Below the pieces are notes generated by a model, which was given only the letters and a program-made list of their open reading frames with translations, was not told where the DNA came from and did no database searches. Positions 49,769-62,198 of a stretch of 64,000 nucleotides of DNA are shown here, piece by piece. Each line of letters starts with the position of its first letter. Within the stretch, counting starts at the first letter, position 1. The DNA is from Octopus bimaculoides (lineage: Eukaryota), in NCBI RefSeq assembly GCF_001194135.2, contig NC_068985.1, positions 104,770,529-104,834,528 of the forward strand. The letters are read 5' to 3'. The translations under genes were made by a program, and so were the position numbers.

Positions 49769-51642
49769 CTATAGTCAATTAAAATAATATGTGATTATTT
49801 TATAGACCACAGAGCGACAAAAGTCAATCTGATTAAAATTTAAACTTAGAAAGAACATTGAGGCACCAGGCTGTCAATGAATGCAAAGATTTCTGTCAGT
49901 AGTAAAGTATCTAGCAATAAACATCAATTTTAATTAGTAGCTCTAAATAAATGTCAAATTCATGAGAAGGGTCTCATCATCATCATCATCATCAACAACA
50001 TTGTTTTATGTTCACTTTCTCAGCTGGTCTGGCTCAGGAGACCATAACTTGCTTTTAGGTTTCATTCTGGCTTGGTTTCTATGGCTGGATGCCCTTCCTA
50101 ACACCACCATCTGCTTACAGTATATATATTGGATGCACTTTTTCATGACTACAGTACTAGAGAGGTTGTTGAATTTTCAACAAGATTAAAAGGATCTTCT
50201 CGACTTTACACCTGATGTTATGTACTGGGTGCATATTATTGCAGCATCAATACCACAAAGGATAGCAAAAGGCTTCAACTGCTTTGTGAAGCTGTATCAA
50301 CCACATCCAAATTCATGAAAGATACCTCACCTATGATGGTATGGCAAACTAGATGAGGAACAATAACATTTAAGAAATTAATCGCAGACCAGTAATGTGA
50401 ACTGTTAGAGAAGTTTTAGAAATGCTTGACCAAGCTTATCAAACACCAGGTACGAAAATTTCTTAAGATGCTAATTAGACTACAATAAAAATTAGAGTAT
50501 TTTGCATCAACCATTCTTCAAAATGAACATTTAAGATCTTGTCGACCACATTTTATTATTTTACCAAATCCTTTTTTTATTTCTGTTTTAAGTACAAATT
50601 TAAGCTGCAAAGTGTTAAGTAGCTCTGTTTCTTCAAGACAAGTTTATCTTATCACTGATGCACAAATACATTGCCTAGTGATGCAGAAGGTTTGTGTTGG
50701 TTTATTCAGACAGTGTCACTGTAATAGTGTCAGATACTTCAGAAATCTATTTCCAGCAGGAAATGTAAATTCATAAATTGATTACTTAAAAGAGGAATCA
50801 AACAAACAACAGAAATAAAAATCATATTTAAAACTACATAAACTTCACTGGATCTTTCACAGTGTTCAGACTTACTCTAGACATGGTCAATATTTCAATA
50901 GTAAAAGAATTGTATGGGACTGATTTTTGACAGAATGTGCAGTGGTGTTTTCTTTATTTATACTTGTGTAACAGAGAAGCCACGTTGTATCTGTAATAAT
51001 CCCAATTCTTAGACATATACAGTGCATTCTATCATGTGCATGACATTGGAAACAGTAGCACCTTGGATACTGTGAGTATAGGGCCACCTAACATGAGTGG
51101 TTTTGGGTTTCATCTGACAATGTGGCACCTTGGCCAAGTGTCTTCTACTATAGCCCAGCTCTGGCCAAAACCTTCTCAGTGGATTTGGTAGATGGAAAGT
51201 GTAAGAAGCCTATTATGCAAGTGTGTGTATGTTCATTGGACTAAACAGAACAGGAGGATGAGTTGCTGAAGAGGTCACAGATGTGTAATGAAAGATTTCC
51301 AGACAATGAACATACAATAAAATAAAAAACAATAATAAACAAGTGAAGAATGAATATATAGTGAGTGGGTTTATTTGGAAAAAAAAAATGACCATCCCAA
51401 AATAATATAATATTATATGTATGGGCTTCTCTCAGTTTCCTTCAACCAAATCCACCCACAAGGCTTTCTTGACCTGGGGCCCTAATAGAAGACATTTGCC
51501 CAAAGTACTATGCAGAGGGACTGAACTTGACACCATGTGATTGAGAAACAGATTTCTTAACCACACAAGCATGCCAGTTAATACATACATACAAAAAGAG
51601 AAATAATAATTCTGCCCTGATAACATTAAATAGCACACTCAC

Positions 51643-51936
51643 CTGAAAGTAGTTAGCTTTCCCTCGCTCCCGGAATTCTAAAGGGTAGGCTATTGTTTTT
51701 AATGAACCAGGCTGAAGGTTATTTACTTTACGACCTCGTATTTTACCCTTTGAGCTGATATCAACGCGTGCTGGTTCAAACAGAAATGCAGGATGGTGGA
51801 TTTCTACAACATATGAACCTGATGGTAGAGCTCCAACTGTAAAAGTTCCATCAGTTTTTAAGAAGCCTGTATATTCTCCTCCATCCACCAAAATTTTGAT
51901 ATGAGGCATCCAGCTTTTATCAGAAGCAGATAGAAC
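51643..51936 (-). CDS. EMC7: EMC7 exon 2 (lumenal beta-sandwich domain)
   Basis: tttcag|GTT...CAG|gtgagt, 294 nt, VLSASDKSWMPHIKILVDGGEYTGFLKTDGTFTVGALPSGSYVVEIHHPAFLFEPARVDISSKGKIRGRKVN...YFQ. GFLKTDG.F.V...PSGSYVVE and EP.RVDI.SKGK.R are EMC7 hallmarks. Confidence 0.96.
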
Positions 51937-53179
51937 CTGAAATAAAGACAAGTAAATAATTATTTGTTAAATAGATTAATAAATTAACAATTACATATCA
52001 TCATCCTCATTTTATCATCCCCTTTTCCAGGGTTACATGGGTTAGACAGAATTCACTGAGATTTTCTACATTTTTTTCTCTGTGACTTATGATTGAGCTC
52101 CATTCCGACTGACAGATTGTAAGTCAATCTGGTCATATGTCGAATTTATATTTTTCAACATAATTTTCATTCAAATGCAACTGAATGAGAGAGTGGATGC
52201 CTGAGTTGAGGGAGGCCTGCATTGCCAGATACTGCCATGGTTATCATACACACAGCTGCCCAACATTCAAATATCCATTTTTTATTTATTTATTTCTGTG
52301 GTCATAAGTCAAAAATAAGGTGTAGCTGGATATCCTTCTTGTCACCCACCCTTGCCTGTTTCCAATAAATTTCTCCCTGTCCTGACACATTTTCATGGAA
52401 AATTAGAAACAAAGGCATCCACTTGCATAATGGTAATGTTCATTTACAACTACAATAATGTCAAGACAGACAAAGACACACATGTATATACATACACTGT
52501 GCTTCTCCCAGTTTCCACTTACCTACCAAATCCACTCAAGTTTTTGACTGGCCTGAGGTTATAGTAGAAGACAAGTTGCCATGCGATGGGACTGAACTGA
52601 AAACCGTGTGGCTGGGAGACAAGCAGGCTCTGCTAGATGTGTGATGTTAGCTATGTTATTGTGCATAAACAATGGGACACAGATGTGCAGAGAGAAAAAA
52701 ACTGGGCATCATAAGGTGAAACGTGTCAAATTAACACAAGCGGAAAAAGCGTGTGGAAGGAGAAGACTTTAGAAAATATGGAAAGAAGTGTTAAGATTTG
52801 ATCTAAGATGGTGGCAAAAGACTGCTTCAAGTGGAGAGCTGCTGTGTAAAAAAACAGACCCATACAACCCATGACAACATGAAAAATTGTTTAGTGGGAA
52901 GGAGTTTAAACCACAAACAATCAGCTAAAACAAAAAAGTATATATATATTAGCAGGTCATGGGTGGAAGAATATATATACTTCTGGTTGTGTCTGAATAT
53001 TAAATATTTTTCAAGACAATGGTATGGCTGTGTGGTTGAGAAGATTGCTTCCCAGCCATGAGGTTTTGAGTTCAGTCCTACTTGGGGTAAGTGTCTTCTA
53101 CTCTAGTCCCAGGCACACCAAAGCCTTGTGAGTGAATTTGATAGAGGGGAAACTGAAAGAAGTGTATCATGTGTATGCA

Positions 53180-53512
53180 TAGGCATGGTTGTGTGGTAAG
53201 AAGCTCGCTTCCCAACCACATGGCTCCGGGTTCAATCCCATTGCAAGTCAACCAAAGCCATGTGAGTAGATTTGGTAGATGGAAACTGAGAGAAACCCGT
53301 CATACATATTTGTGTTTGTTTGCCCCCACCTTCGCTTGACAACCGATGTTGGTGTGTATACTTCCCGTAACATAGCGGTTCGGCAATAGAGACCGATAGA
53401 ATAAGTACTAGGCTTACAAAGAATAAGTCCTGGGGTCGATTTCTTCGACTAAAAACCCTTTAAGGCGGTGCTCCAGCAAGGCCGCAGTCAAATGACTAAA
53501 ACAAATAAAAGA
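53180..53512 (+). mobile_element. SINE family A in EMC7 intron 1
   Basis: Full head-to-tail match to the reverse complement of the 49357 copy, ending gactaaaacaaataaaagaaaaaa. Confidence 0.9.
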
Positions 53513-54815
53513 AAAAAATATGTATGTATGTATGTATGTACGTACGTACGCACATGATGAGCTCTGTGTGTGTGTACGAATGGAGGGTTGTAGAATATCT
53601 GCTTCAACGCTGATCGATTCAGAAAAATTATCAGCTACAACTTCAAAAATGTAGAACTCATAATTCATGTAAACAAAAATACAGTTCGCTTATTAAAAAA
53701 ATGTATATCAAAATGTTAACAATATACATCCAAAAATTCATACATACATGTAGACTATTTAATTTAACGTCTTTTAAAAAGTAGTCCTAAAACCATTTCT
53801 GTAGCAATATATTTTGAAAACCAGTCAGGAATCCATAATTTGTGAGTGTGTATGAATTAAATTTATGAGAAAATTATGCTTAAAACTACATTTCAGCTAT
53901 TTTATAAGTTAGAAAAATAGTGCACGTTTTCCACTTCATGTACAATATAGAAATTAGTTCAGCGAAGTGGTCTTGCATCGTAGATGACAAAATCAAGCAA
54001 GACCGATTGGAAAACAACAATTTAAAAGGTGAGAGGGGAATTGCTTGAGGACTGGAAGTTCATTAAAATATAATAGGAAAAATATTAACGATTCAATAAA
54101 TATTAATATCATCTGTTGTAAGCGGATTACAAGTCTGGGTCGTTTGAATAGCTAACACTTCAAGATTCCGTATTATATAAAGTAGGTAAGCGTAGAGAAT
54201 AACAAGAGAAAAACTGCTAAACCGTATAGAATGATTGTTCACTTTTTTATTAAAATGTTTTTACAAATAACTTCGCATTAAAGCACACACATATATATTA
54301 GAGATAAAATCCAAAATTACAGGTATAAACTCAATTAAAATCAAGTTATTAAAATTAAATTAAGTTTCTCGATATTTACTTTGTATTATATTATACTCAG
54401 TTATTGTGCTTTTAATTATTAATTTTTCTATATGTGACTGGATTTTCATCGATGAGTTCATGAACCTTGGTTCTTTTCCCTAAAACTATATATATATATA
54501 TATATTCATATGTTATGGACATATATATTTATATGATATTCATGTTATGGACATGTGTATCTAAAATAAGGAAACATGATCTTTCATTGAGTTACAAGGA
54601 ATGTAAAATTAAATGTTTAGCCATCCTTGTATCTATGCTTTCTTCGTGTATATTCAGAGCAAAGTGGGGTTAAGTATAGTAGGAATTCATGAGAGTCATA
54701 GAAATATTGATATTAAAGAAATATTGATATTAAAGAAATATACAAATCGGTCCCCATTTTAGCAGACATCAAGAAAAGAAGGCTCCTAAAAAGTGTTTGA
54801 AATATACCATCTTAC

Positions 54816-54980
54816 CTCTACACGTCCATCGATTCTGTGGCCAATATTATTTGTAAGTTGTGGAGAAGGAACTGTAGCTTCTTCCAAGACTGATTCGGTT
54901 GCATTGCACGACAAAGAAACCAATAATAATAAGGTAAAATAGAGTGTGAAAGGAAAATACATAACAGCGGACGCAGCCAT
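54816..54980 (-). CDS. EMC7: EMC7 (ER membrane protein complex subunit 7) exon 1, with signal peptide
   Basis: ATG at 54980; MAASAVMYFPFTLYFTLLLLVSLSCNATESVLEEATVPSPQLTNNIGHRIDGRVE (55 codons, hydrophobic signal peptide), then GAG|gtaaga donor, phase 0. Confidence 0.9.
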
Positions 54981-54986
54981 ATTTAG

Positions 54987-55030
54987 TGACGTCAAGGAAC
55001 AGGAAACACTTAAAACCGGAAACATTAAAA
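54987..55030. promoter_or_regulatory. EMC7 proximal promoter: perfect CRE (TGACGTCA) and ETS-like CCGGAA
   Basis: TGACGTCA at 54987-54994, 6 nt from the ATG; accggaaa near 55015; surrounding sequence retains CpG. Confidence 0.5.
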
Positions 55031-55066
55031 CGGAATAGCAGCCGATATTTTATGCTTAAATTAATG

Positions 55067-55272
55067 CAGCGATCTGGCAGAATCGTTTGCACACCGGAGA
55101 AAATGTTTAGCGGCATTGTTTCCGGTTTTTCCGTTCTGAGTTCAAATTCGGCCGAAGTCGATCCTGCCTTTCACCGCTTCGGGGTGGATGAAATAAGTAC
55201 CAGTCAAACACTAGGATCGATATAATCGACTAGCCTTCCTCCAAAATTTCAGGTTTTGTGCTTATAGGATAT
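55067..55272 (+). mobile_element. SINE family C directly upstream of and divergent from EMC7
   Basis: Same family as 31166-31389; begins about 85 bp from the EMC7 ATG. Confidence 0.85.
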
Positions 55273-55855
55273 TATGTACTTTAATTTTCATTTCGTTCGC
55301 TGGTGGTGGATCTTTGTAGTACAACGACTAAGATTCAATTGTTCGGTCAGCTGATTATTATTTTTGGGGGGGTTAATGCTTACAATATTACCCAGAAACA
55401 AAAGAAAAAAGAAATAGTACAACGGGTGTTCCTAAAAACGTGTAGGAAACGAATATGAAAACAAAAATGCAAGTAAAGCAACAGGGTGGGGTGGGTGGAG
55501 TGAAGATTTCGGAAAATTCACAAGATCCGAGTTTTTCCCCCATAACTTTTAGGAAAATGGATATATTGATGAAATTTATGAGGAAAATGTTTTCCTGAAA
55601 GTTATGAGGGAAAAAAACCAGATCATTATGAGTTTTCCGAAAGTCCTCTAACCACCCCGTTCNNNNNNNNNNNNNNNNNNNNNNNNNNNNNNNNNNNNNN
55701 NNNNNNNNNNNNNNNNNNNNNNNNNNNNNNNNNNNNNNNNNNNNNNNNNNNNNNNNNNNNNNNNNNNNNNNNNNNNNNNNNNNNNNNNNNNNNNNNNNNN
55801 NNNNNNNNNNNNNNNNNNNNNNNNNNNNNNNNNNNNNNNNNNNNNNNNNNNNNNN

Positions 55856-56404
55856 ACTGACAAGTATTCAGCTATTTATAGTTACTCCTTTGGCAGTTTA
55901 AGCGGTTCCTTTGGCAGTTTAAGCGGTGTAAAACGTATTTAATCTCCATTACTTCTGACATTTTGCAGAGAGGCAACATACGCGTGTTCGTTTTCCTTCG
56001 TTTTATTTTTAATATAATTTCGTTAACATCTGCCTGAACTGTATGTGTACAACATTTGCCCTAACCCTTCCCTCAAAAACCAGGCCTTGTGCCTATAATA
56101 GAAAGGTTTATTAGCTACTGCCAATATGTTTCAGCCATTTTTTGACAAGGAAATAATAATTTTATCACCGCCAGAATCGTTTGTTTACGTAGTCAGCACT
56201 TACTGTATTCGGCTGAATGGACGTCAGTCATTTGTTGAAATTACAGAAATACGACAACTTTAACATGAAATAAGTTGCAATATAATAATTTTTCTTAAGA
56301 AGACTAAGAGAAAAAGATGTTTTATATGACACATTCTACCAGTGTCCCAAGTTTCAAAGTGTTTCGTTAAGAAAATACTGGCGCCCCCGTTTTGAACTAG
56401 ATCC
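55856..56404. mobile_element. Second copy of the GGATCT TIR element (left end in gap)
   Basis: Shares long internal segments with 43138-43770 and ends gcccccgttttgaactagatcc. Confidence 0.8.
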
Positions 56405-56560
56405 AAACTTCATCTATATATATATTCATTTTCCTGAAAGTTATGAGGGAAAAATCGGATCTTGCGAATTTCCCGAAACAATGTATTAAATATGACAGTA
56501 TAAGACCCCGTTCGTATGTGCAATTTTTTTTTTTTTCCATATTCGTTTTCAGTGCTTTCT

Positions 56561-56918
56561 GGTTATCTCATCCCCATTAAAAAATTGCCATTAAAAAGTT
56601 GGGTTATCTCCCCACTAAAAATTTGAGCTTATGTGGCGACAAGAGATAGGATTAAAAGGGTTAGATACCTGTGATTCAATACTTCAACACATTGTTGACT
56701 TTTAGCCTCCTCAATAGGCATGGTATGATTTGTTATGAAAGTGTTATTAGATTCAATAAGATGTTTAATCGTTTCAGGTTTCATGTTTATTAATTTTTTC
56801 ATTTTTTTTTTTTTTTTGAGGGTTAAACAATTTTTTTATTTGGGAAATAATCAAAAGTACCGATATTTTTCATAAAACGAGGGGAGATAACCCAATTTTT
56901 TAATGGGGTGAGATAACC
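56561..56918. mobile_element. MITE-like element with ~40-bp inverted ends
   Basis: ggttatctcatccccattaaaaaattg...ggttatctccc versus gggagataacccaattttttaatggggtgagataacc. Confidence 0.65.
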
Positions 56919-57029
56919 AAAAAGTATCTCGTTTTCTACACACTTTTTTTCTTTTACACCCAATAAGCTGTGTTTTTTTCTTTTGTTTTTGTTAACAGGT
57001 TTCAAACTTTATATTGACCAAATTTTACA

Positions 57030-57260
57030 CGTCATGTGATGCATAAGGACGAGGACAGATGTGTAAAGAAGTGCCAATCTTTGTGGAAGGAACCTGTGGT
57101 AGAGGTATACCCAGAAAGGCATGGAACGAGATGGTGAAGCATGATCTTCGAACTTTGAGCCTCACAGAGGCAATGAACTAACTGGTGACCAAGACCTTTG
57201 GCGATGCGCTGTGCTTGAGAGGACCCGTCAAGCCAAGTGCACCCATGCTGGTGGCACATA
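57030..57260 (+). mobile_element. RTE LINE 3' end (degenerate)
   Basis: Translates with frameshifts to HVM.KDEDRCVKKC...EGTCGRG.PRK.W.E.VKHDLRTL.LTEAM...DLWR.AV, the RTE C-terminal GHV...GRPRKTW pattern. Confidence 0.8.
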
Positions 57261-57276
57261 AAGAACATCTTTTGAA

Positions 57277-57508
57277 TGTTGGGCCTCACAGAGGCAAAGT
57301 GGCTGAGTTCCTTTCAAGCAATGGGCCTCATGAAGGCAAAGTGGCTGAGTTCCTCTCGAGCGTTGGGCCTGATGGAGGCAAAGTGGCTGAGTTCTTCTCA
57401 AGCATTGGGCCTCACGGAGGCAAATTGGTGGAGTTCCTTTCAAGTGTTGGGCTTCATTCAGGCAAGGTGACTGAGTTTCTCTTGAGCATTGGGCCTGACG
57501 GAGACAAA
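57277..57508 (+). repeat. 42-bp tandem array, five full units plus a partial sixth
   Basis: Unit about (t/c)(g/a)ttgggcctcacggaggcaaagtggctgagttcctttcaag; appears as the 14-aa repeat xGPHxGKVAEFLSS in ORF 57185-57589; shares gcctcacagaggcaa with the adjacent RTE end. Confidence 0.9.
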
Positions 57509-58295
57509 CCAAGGACCTCATGGTTAGTGGTAAATAAACTTCTTAACCATTTGACTATATTATGCCTTTATTTATTGAAATTTATATAAAGTAGGGTGGG
57601 GGAAACAGACTGACAGGCTGAGATACAGAAGCATACACACATAATCTCATCAAAAAGTCAGTTCCAGCAAACCCACCTCACCCACACATTAGCTGTTACT
57701 TGTTATGCATGACCACTTTCCCCAACCATCACACAAACACAAATGAATGACATTGCTCGTATGACAGTAACACTCACAGTTATCACACGATATCAAAACA
57801 AAGAGACACAAATATACATACATATCATGCATACATGATGGGCTTCTTTCAGTTTACATCAACCAAATCCACTCACAAGGCTTTGGTTGGCCTGGGGCTA
57901 TAGAAGAAGACACTTGATAAAGTATCAGACAGTGGGACTGAACCCAAAACCATATGGCTGTGAAGCAAACTCCTTGACCACACAGACATGCCTGATAATT
58001 TTATCTAACAGATAATATTCAGCTCATTCCTTTCTAGTACTTAGAGATCTGCAGACATCATCCATGTTTCATTGTCTTATACTGTCATATTTAATACATT
58101 GTTTTCTAAATGGATGGAGAAACTTTCTACTTTAGCCAGTAAAAAATGACATTTTAAGTACTCATTAAAATAGCATATTCTTTCACAAGCAATTTAATTT
58201 TTGTTTAATACCATTAACATGCTAGATTTAGGGATTTCGTAAATTTGTGAAGAAGAAATTTAACACAGATTACATGTATATGAACCACTGAATCA

Positions 58296-58626
58296 TCATC
58301 ATCGTCGTCGTTTAACGTTCGCTTTCCATGCTAGCATGGGTTGGACGATTTGACAGGACTGGTGAACCAGATGGCTACACCAGGCTCCAATCTGATTTGG
58401 CAGAGTTTCTACAGCTGGATGCCCTTCCTAACGCCAACCACTCAGAGAGTGTAGTGGGTGCTTTTCCGTGTCACCCGCACGAAGGCCAGTCAGGCAGTAC
58501 TGGCAACGGCCACACTCAAAATGGTGTATTTTACATGCCACCCGCACAAGAACCAGTCCAGGGGCACTGGCAACAATCTCGCTCGAAAGTCCTTACACAT
58601 GCCGCGGGCACAAGTGCCAGTGCCAG
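58296..58626 (-). mobile_element. Short repeat with (GAT)n tail, RTE-associated SINE-like family
   Basis: catcatcatcgtcgtcgtttaacgttcgctttccatgctagcatgggttggacg...ggatgcccttcctaacgccaaccactc. Other copies at about 1-207(+), 20125-20350(+), 27170-27400(-), 37200-37390(+), 40275-40500(-), 43772-43975(-), 49975-50170(-), 60688-60910(-), 63085-63155(+). Confidence 0.85.
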
Positions 58627-60390
58627 AATATTACAATGAAAATAGCACTTATTCTTCTACTCAGAAGATTGGTTCAATGAGAGCACCTTGATAGTGCTCC
58701 GACATGTTGTAATACAATCACTTGACTTCTATTTCATGATCTCTGGGTATATAATCATTCACTTCAACTATCCAAACAATACATTCATGTGAGTGTAAGT
58801 AAACATACATGCAAGTATGTATAATAATATCACATATCGTTATTTTTGAGAGGAGTCACAGAGTAACATGTATTGGTGTATGTGTTAAAATACTGGAACC
58901 TGAAGATAAGAGAAACAATAAAACAATGTAGATAGTAAAATGAATGAGGCAGCTTAATTTATATCCATTCAGGTACCATTAACTGGAAAGATAAATTCAT
59001 TACTCTGTACATATGTATTATTAATGAAAATGAATTTTATGTATCAAACTCTCCTGTGCAACATGCTTTATAATATATACATTTTATTTTATTATTGTCA
59101 TTTTCCTTTTAATACTATTAAATAGTGTCATATCGAAAGCTTTATTGCTGTATAGTGAGATAGCATAAAATAGAAAATGTAGCCATGCCCTTCACCTTTT
59201 TTGCTTTTTACTTTTTTGCTATGCAGTCATCAGAACATAGATTTCAGTTATTTATTAAAGCATCTAAATGAGAAACCAGTCATCACTTATATTACATCCA
59301 ATAGACAATTCTCAGTAGGGAAAAATGAGCCTGTCTGCATCCTTACTTCAAATTTTACTATTGAAACAAACTGTAAATGAATAAGAAGCACATGAATGTT
59401 TTCGTTACTTTGGCAATATTTAAGTTTAACAATTTTTTGGTATGAAGTTCCATTGTAAATGTAGTGTGAGGATAAATTTTTTAAACTAATAACATACATA
59501 CATTTAAAAAAAAAATGGTGAAAGAAAAATTGGGGAAAATGTTCAAGGCTTTATTGAACCATCTAATTTTGAAAAATATATGTGATGAAATTTTTAATTT
59601 GTTGACACACACATATTAATTTCCAATGAAAATAAGCCTTTCTATGTTTTCACCAAAATATCCTTACTTGGAATTTTTCTTCACCAAGGGCAATAAGTAT
59701 TTGAATATTTAGAAATTTGGTGAAAAATTACCACTGGTAAAATTGGACAAATATATCTTTTCACAGATATGTATCAGTGGTAACACTTCCTGATGATATG
59801 TCTCCAGGATATATATAGGATGCAGGTGCATTAGAAATGTTTCTAAAGCCTTCATTAAGCACATAAAATTTGCAGCAAGGACTTTTCAAAGAGTTTCCAC
59901 AGTATATTAAAAAAAAAAACTAGCAAAATGAAAAATTATATTTGTTGTCGTTTTGTTGCTGTTGTAAAATTGAATCTTGAATTGCAGTTTCATTTTCGAT
60001 TCTTTCATTTTCTTTCGAATGGAATTTAATTGCATAGTTTAACATTCAGTAAACACTTGTATAGTGGTATCGGTTGCTAAGATCTCCTCTGCAATTGGCA
60101 AACAAAACAGTTTCTGAGATCTTCAAATGAACTTGACATCATAGTGAGTATTTTATATGTCACCATCAAAAATGATTGTTTTATTCAGCTTTTTTATTGT
60201 TATTGTTTTTCAATTTTGTTTCCTCTCACATCATATTATCTATTTTCATATATCAACGCACATTTAAAAGTGCCTTTTTTTGGAATATATTTTAATCTCT
60301 GTTCAGAACATATCCTTCTTTGCTGTTTTGCTGCCTTGAAAGTACACCAAAGAGGTAGATTTAAGAGATAATATAAGTGAGGAAGTCTTT

Positions 60391-60478
60391 TCAGGGAGCT
60401 CGAGGATTTGTCAAGAAACAAAAGATTGAATTAGTCAGTTTAGCTGATGGTGTGAACAGTTTCAATGTGAAAGGACTA
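60391..60478 (-). CDS. EI24: EI24 terminal coding exon
   Basis: Strong pyrimidine tract tttttctttcttttgcag|T AGT CCT...CCC TGA; encodes (F)SPFTLKLFTPSAKLTNSIFCFLTNPRAP*. In phase with the previous exon and resembles the EI24 FQLRLFSLVVFLSNRLF segment. Confidence 0.85.
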
Positions 60479-62120
60479 CTGCAAAAGAAAGAAAAAAAAA
60501 ATTTTTTTAGAAAAACAAAATAGGATATCAATTATTCAGGCAGTAGAAATTCATTTTGAAAATACCTCATTTATTTTGTAGTGTGATGTAGTTTGACTTT
60601 CATTTCTTAATATCAATATCTCAATATGTCATCTTTCTTCTTCATCACTTAGAACAAGCTCAATCATCTACCTCTCTTTTTTTTAACTATCATCATCATC
60701 ATTTAGTGTTCATTTTCCATGCTGGCATGGGTTAGACAGTTTGACTGGAACTGGTAAGCCACAGAGCTGCACCAGGCTTCAGTCATCTGTTTTGGCTTGG
60801 TTTCTACAGCTGGATGCCCTTCCTAATGTCAACTGAGTGTCTTTTATGTGTCACCAGCACAAGTGCCATTTACATGTCACTGGCATGGGTGTCTTTTACA
60901 TGTCACCAGATCTAATTGCCTAATAAAGAGCAGTGCTCATAGCTTGCTTAGGTCCTCCCATATAAGATGAATTTAATACAGAACAAGCAACAGAAAGAAT
61001 AAAGTACAATGAAACTGCTATGAGGAGGGGAATATTCCAACCTTTCAGACAGAGTCCTTCTTCAGTTTAGAGGCAAGAAACACAGCAGAGTTTTATATTC
61101 TCTATGTTTTGGGAAATTGGCCAGCCACTTCACAGGGGAATTTCACTGTACCATTTCTGTTGCTTGTTCCTAATAAAACAAGTATCTTGCCAACATAGTC
61201 TACCAGCAGGAGTTTCCCTAGATTCTGTTTATTGCAGAATTGCAGGAAGCAACAAGAGTAGGAACAATGTTTTGTAGAATGACATGTTTTAGTATGTAGT
61301 CTGGGAGAAGAATACACAAACATGAGTGAAGCTCACGATGTTATAGAATTCATAAATTCTAGAAGAGACAGAAAAAAAGACACGACTCATTTGTTGGCTA
61401 ATACTTTCAGACTGTACAGCAGTGAAGGTTGTCTTGCTAGGCAAACATTTAATTCTCAAATGAAATCTAATGTGTTTATGTGAGTGTGAGAGAATACATA
61501 CACATACATGTGTGGTTCTGACTAGTTGGGTTATTATTTTTTTTTTGGAGTAAGTCTCCTTCAATTCTGTTTCGCGTCAGGCAATCAATAGATCCATTCG
61601 CTTGATAAAATGTTATCAAACAAAAATTGCCCATCAAAGCAGAAATCGATTTACATGAATGTTTAGATGGAGGCAGATAGAAGAAGTGAATGCATTGTTT
61701 TTAATAATAATGTAGTGAGAGAGAAGACTAAGAGGTCTGTGTAGATGATGAAGTGGAATATAATGTGAGTGTAGTTGAAAATTATCACAAAATCCCACTG
61801 AGGTAGTCATAATATCATGTGCTGGTTCCCCAGGAAAAGAAAGAAAATCAGAATTAGGAGATAGAAGGTAGTAGTAATGGTGGTGGTGGGTAGAAGAAGA
61901 AGAAGAGATGGTAAAGTAATACCTGAGTCATTAGGACACCCAATCTACACAGGTCAGTAGTTTATTTATTTTACAGAAAATGCTTCAACTGTTTTTATGT
62001 TTACACAGTAAATGAGGAAAAAAAAAGTGAAATTGAAATTTTCTAAAATGATGGATTTCGCAAAGCATTCAATTTATAATATAGGTGACATAGAAGAAAA
62101 AAACAAAAACTAATACTTAC

Positions 62121-62198
62121 AATACATTGCTTTGTCTAAGTTCGGCTTCATTTGCACTGATGATGAAGAGAGGAAAAAGAAGCGAGAAAACACAGCCA
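62121..62198 (-). CDS. EI24: EI24 penultimate coding exon
   Basis: cttcag|T GGC...GTA TT|gtaagt, 78 nt, encodes GCVFSLLFPLFIISANEAELRQSNV, matching the EI24 SGCLFSILFPLFIISANEA motif. Confidence 0.93.

Noticed and set aside
50035-50056. gagaccataacttg resembles lophotrochozoan miR-125
   Set aside because: The 5' seed end does not match, there is no precursor hairpin, and it lies in a decayed repeat.
57277-57508. Regular array as a possible CRISPR
   Set aside because: Head-to-tail units with no unique spacers, no cas genes, eukaryotic context, and derived from the adjacent RTE.
58328-58691. ORFs of 60-103 aa with LQLDALPNANHSESVVGAF, repeated at 20098, 40330 and 43828
   Set aside because: Antisense translation of one multicopy SINE-like family, not a protein family.
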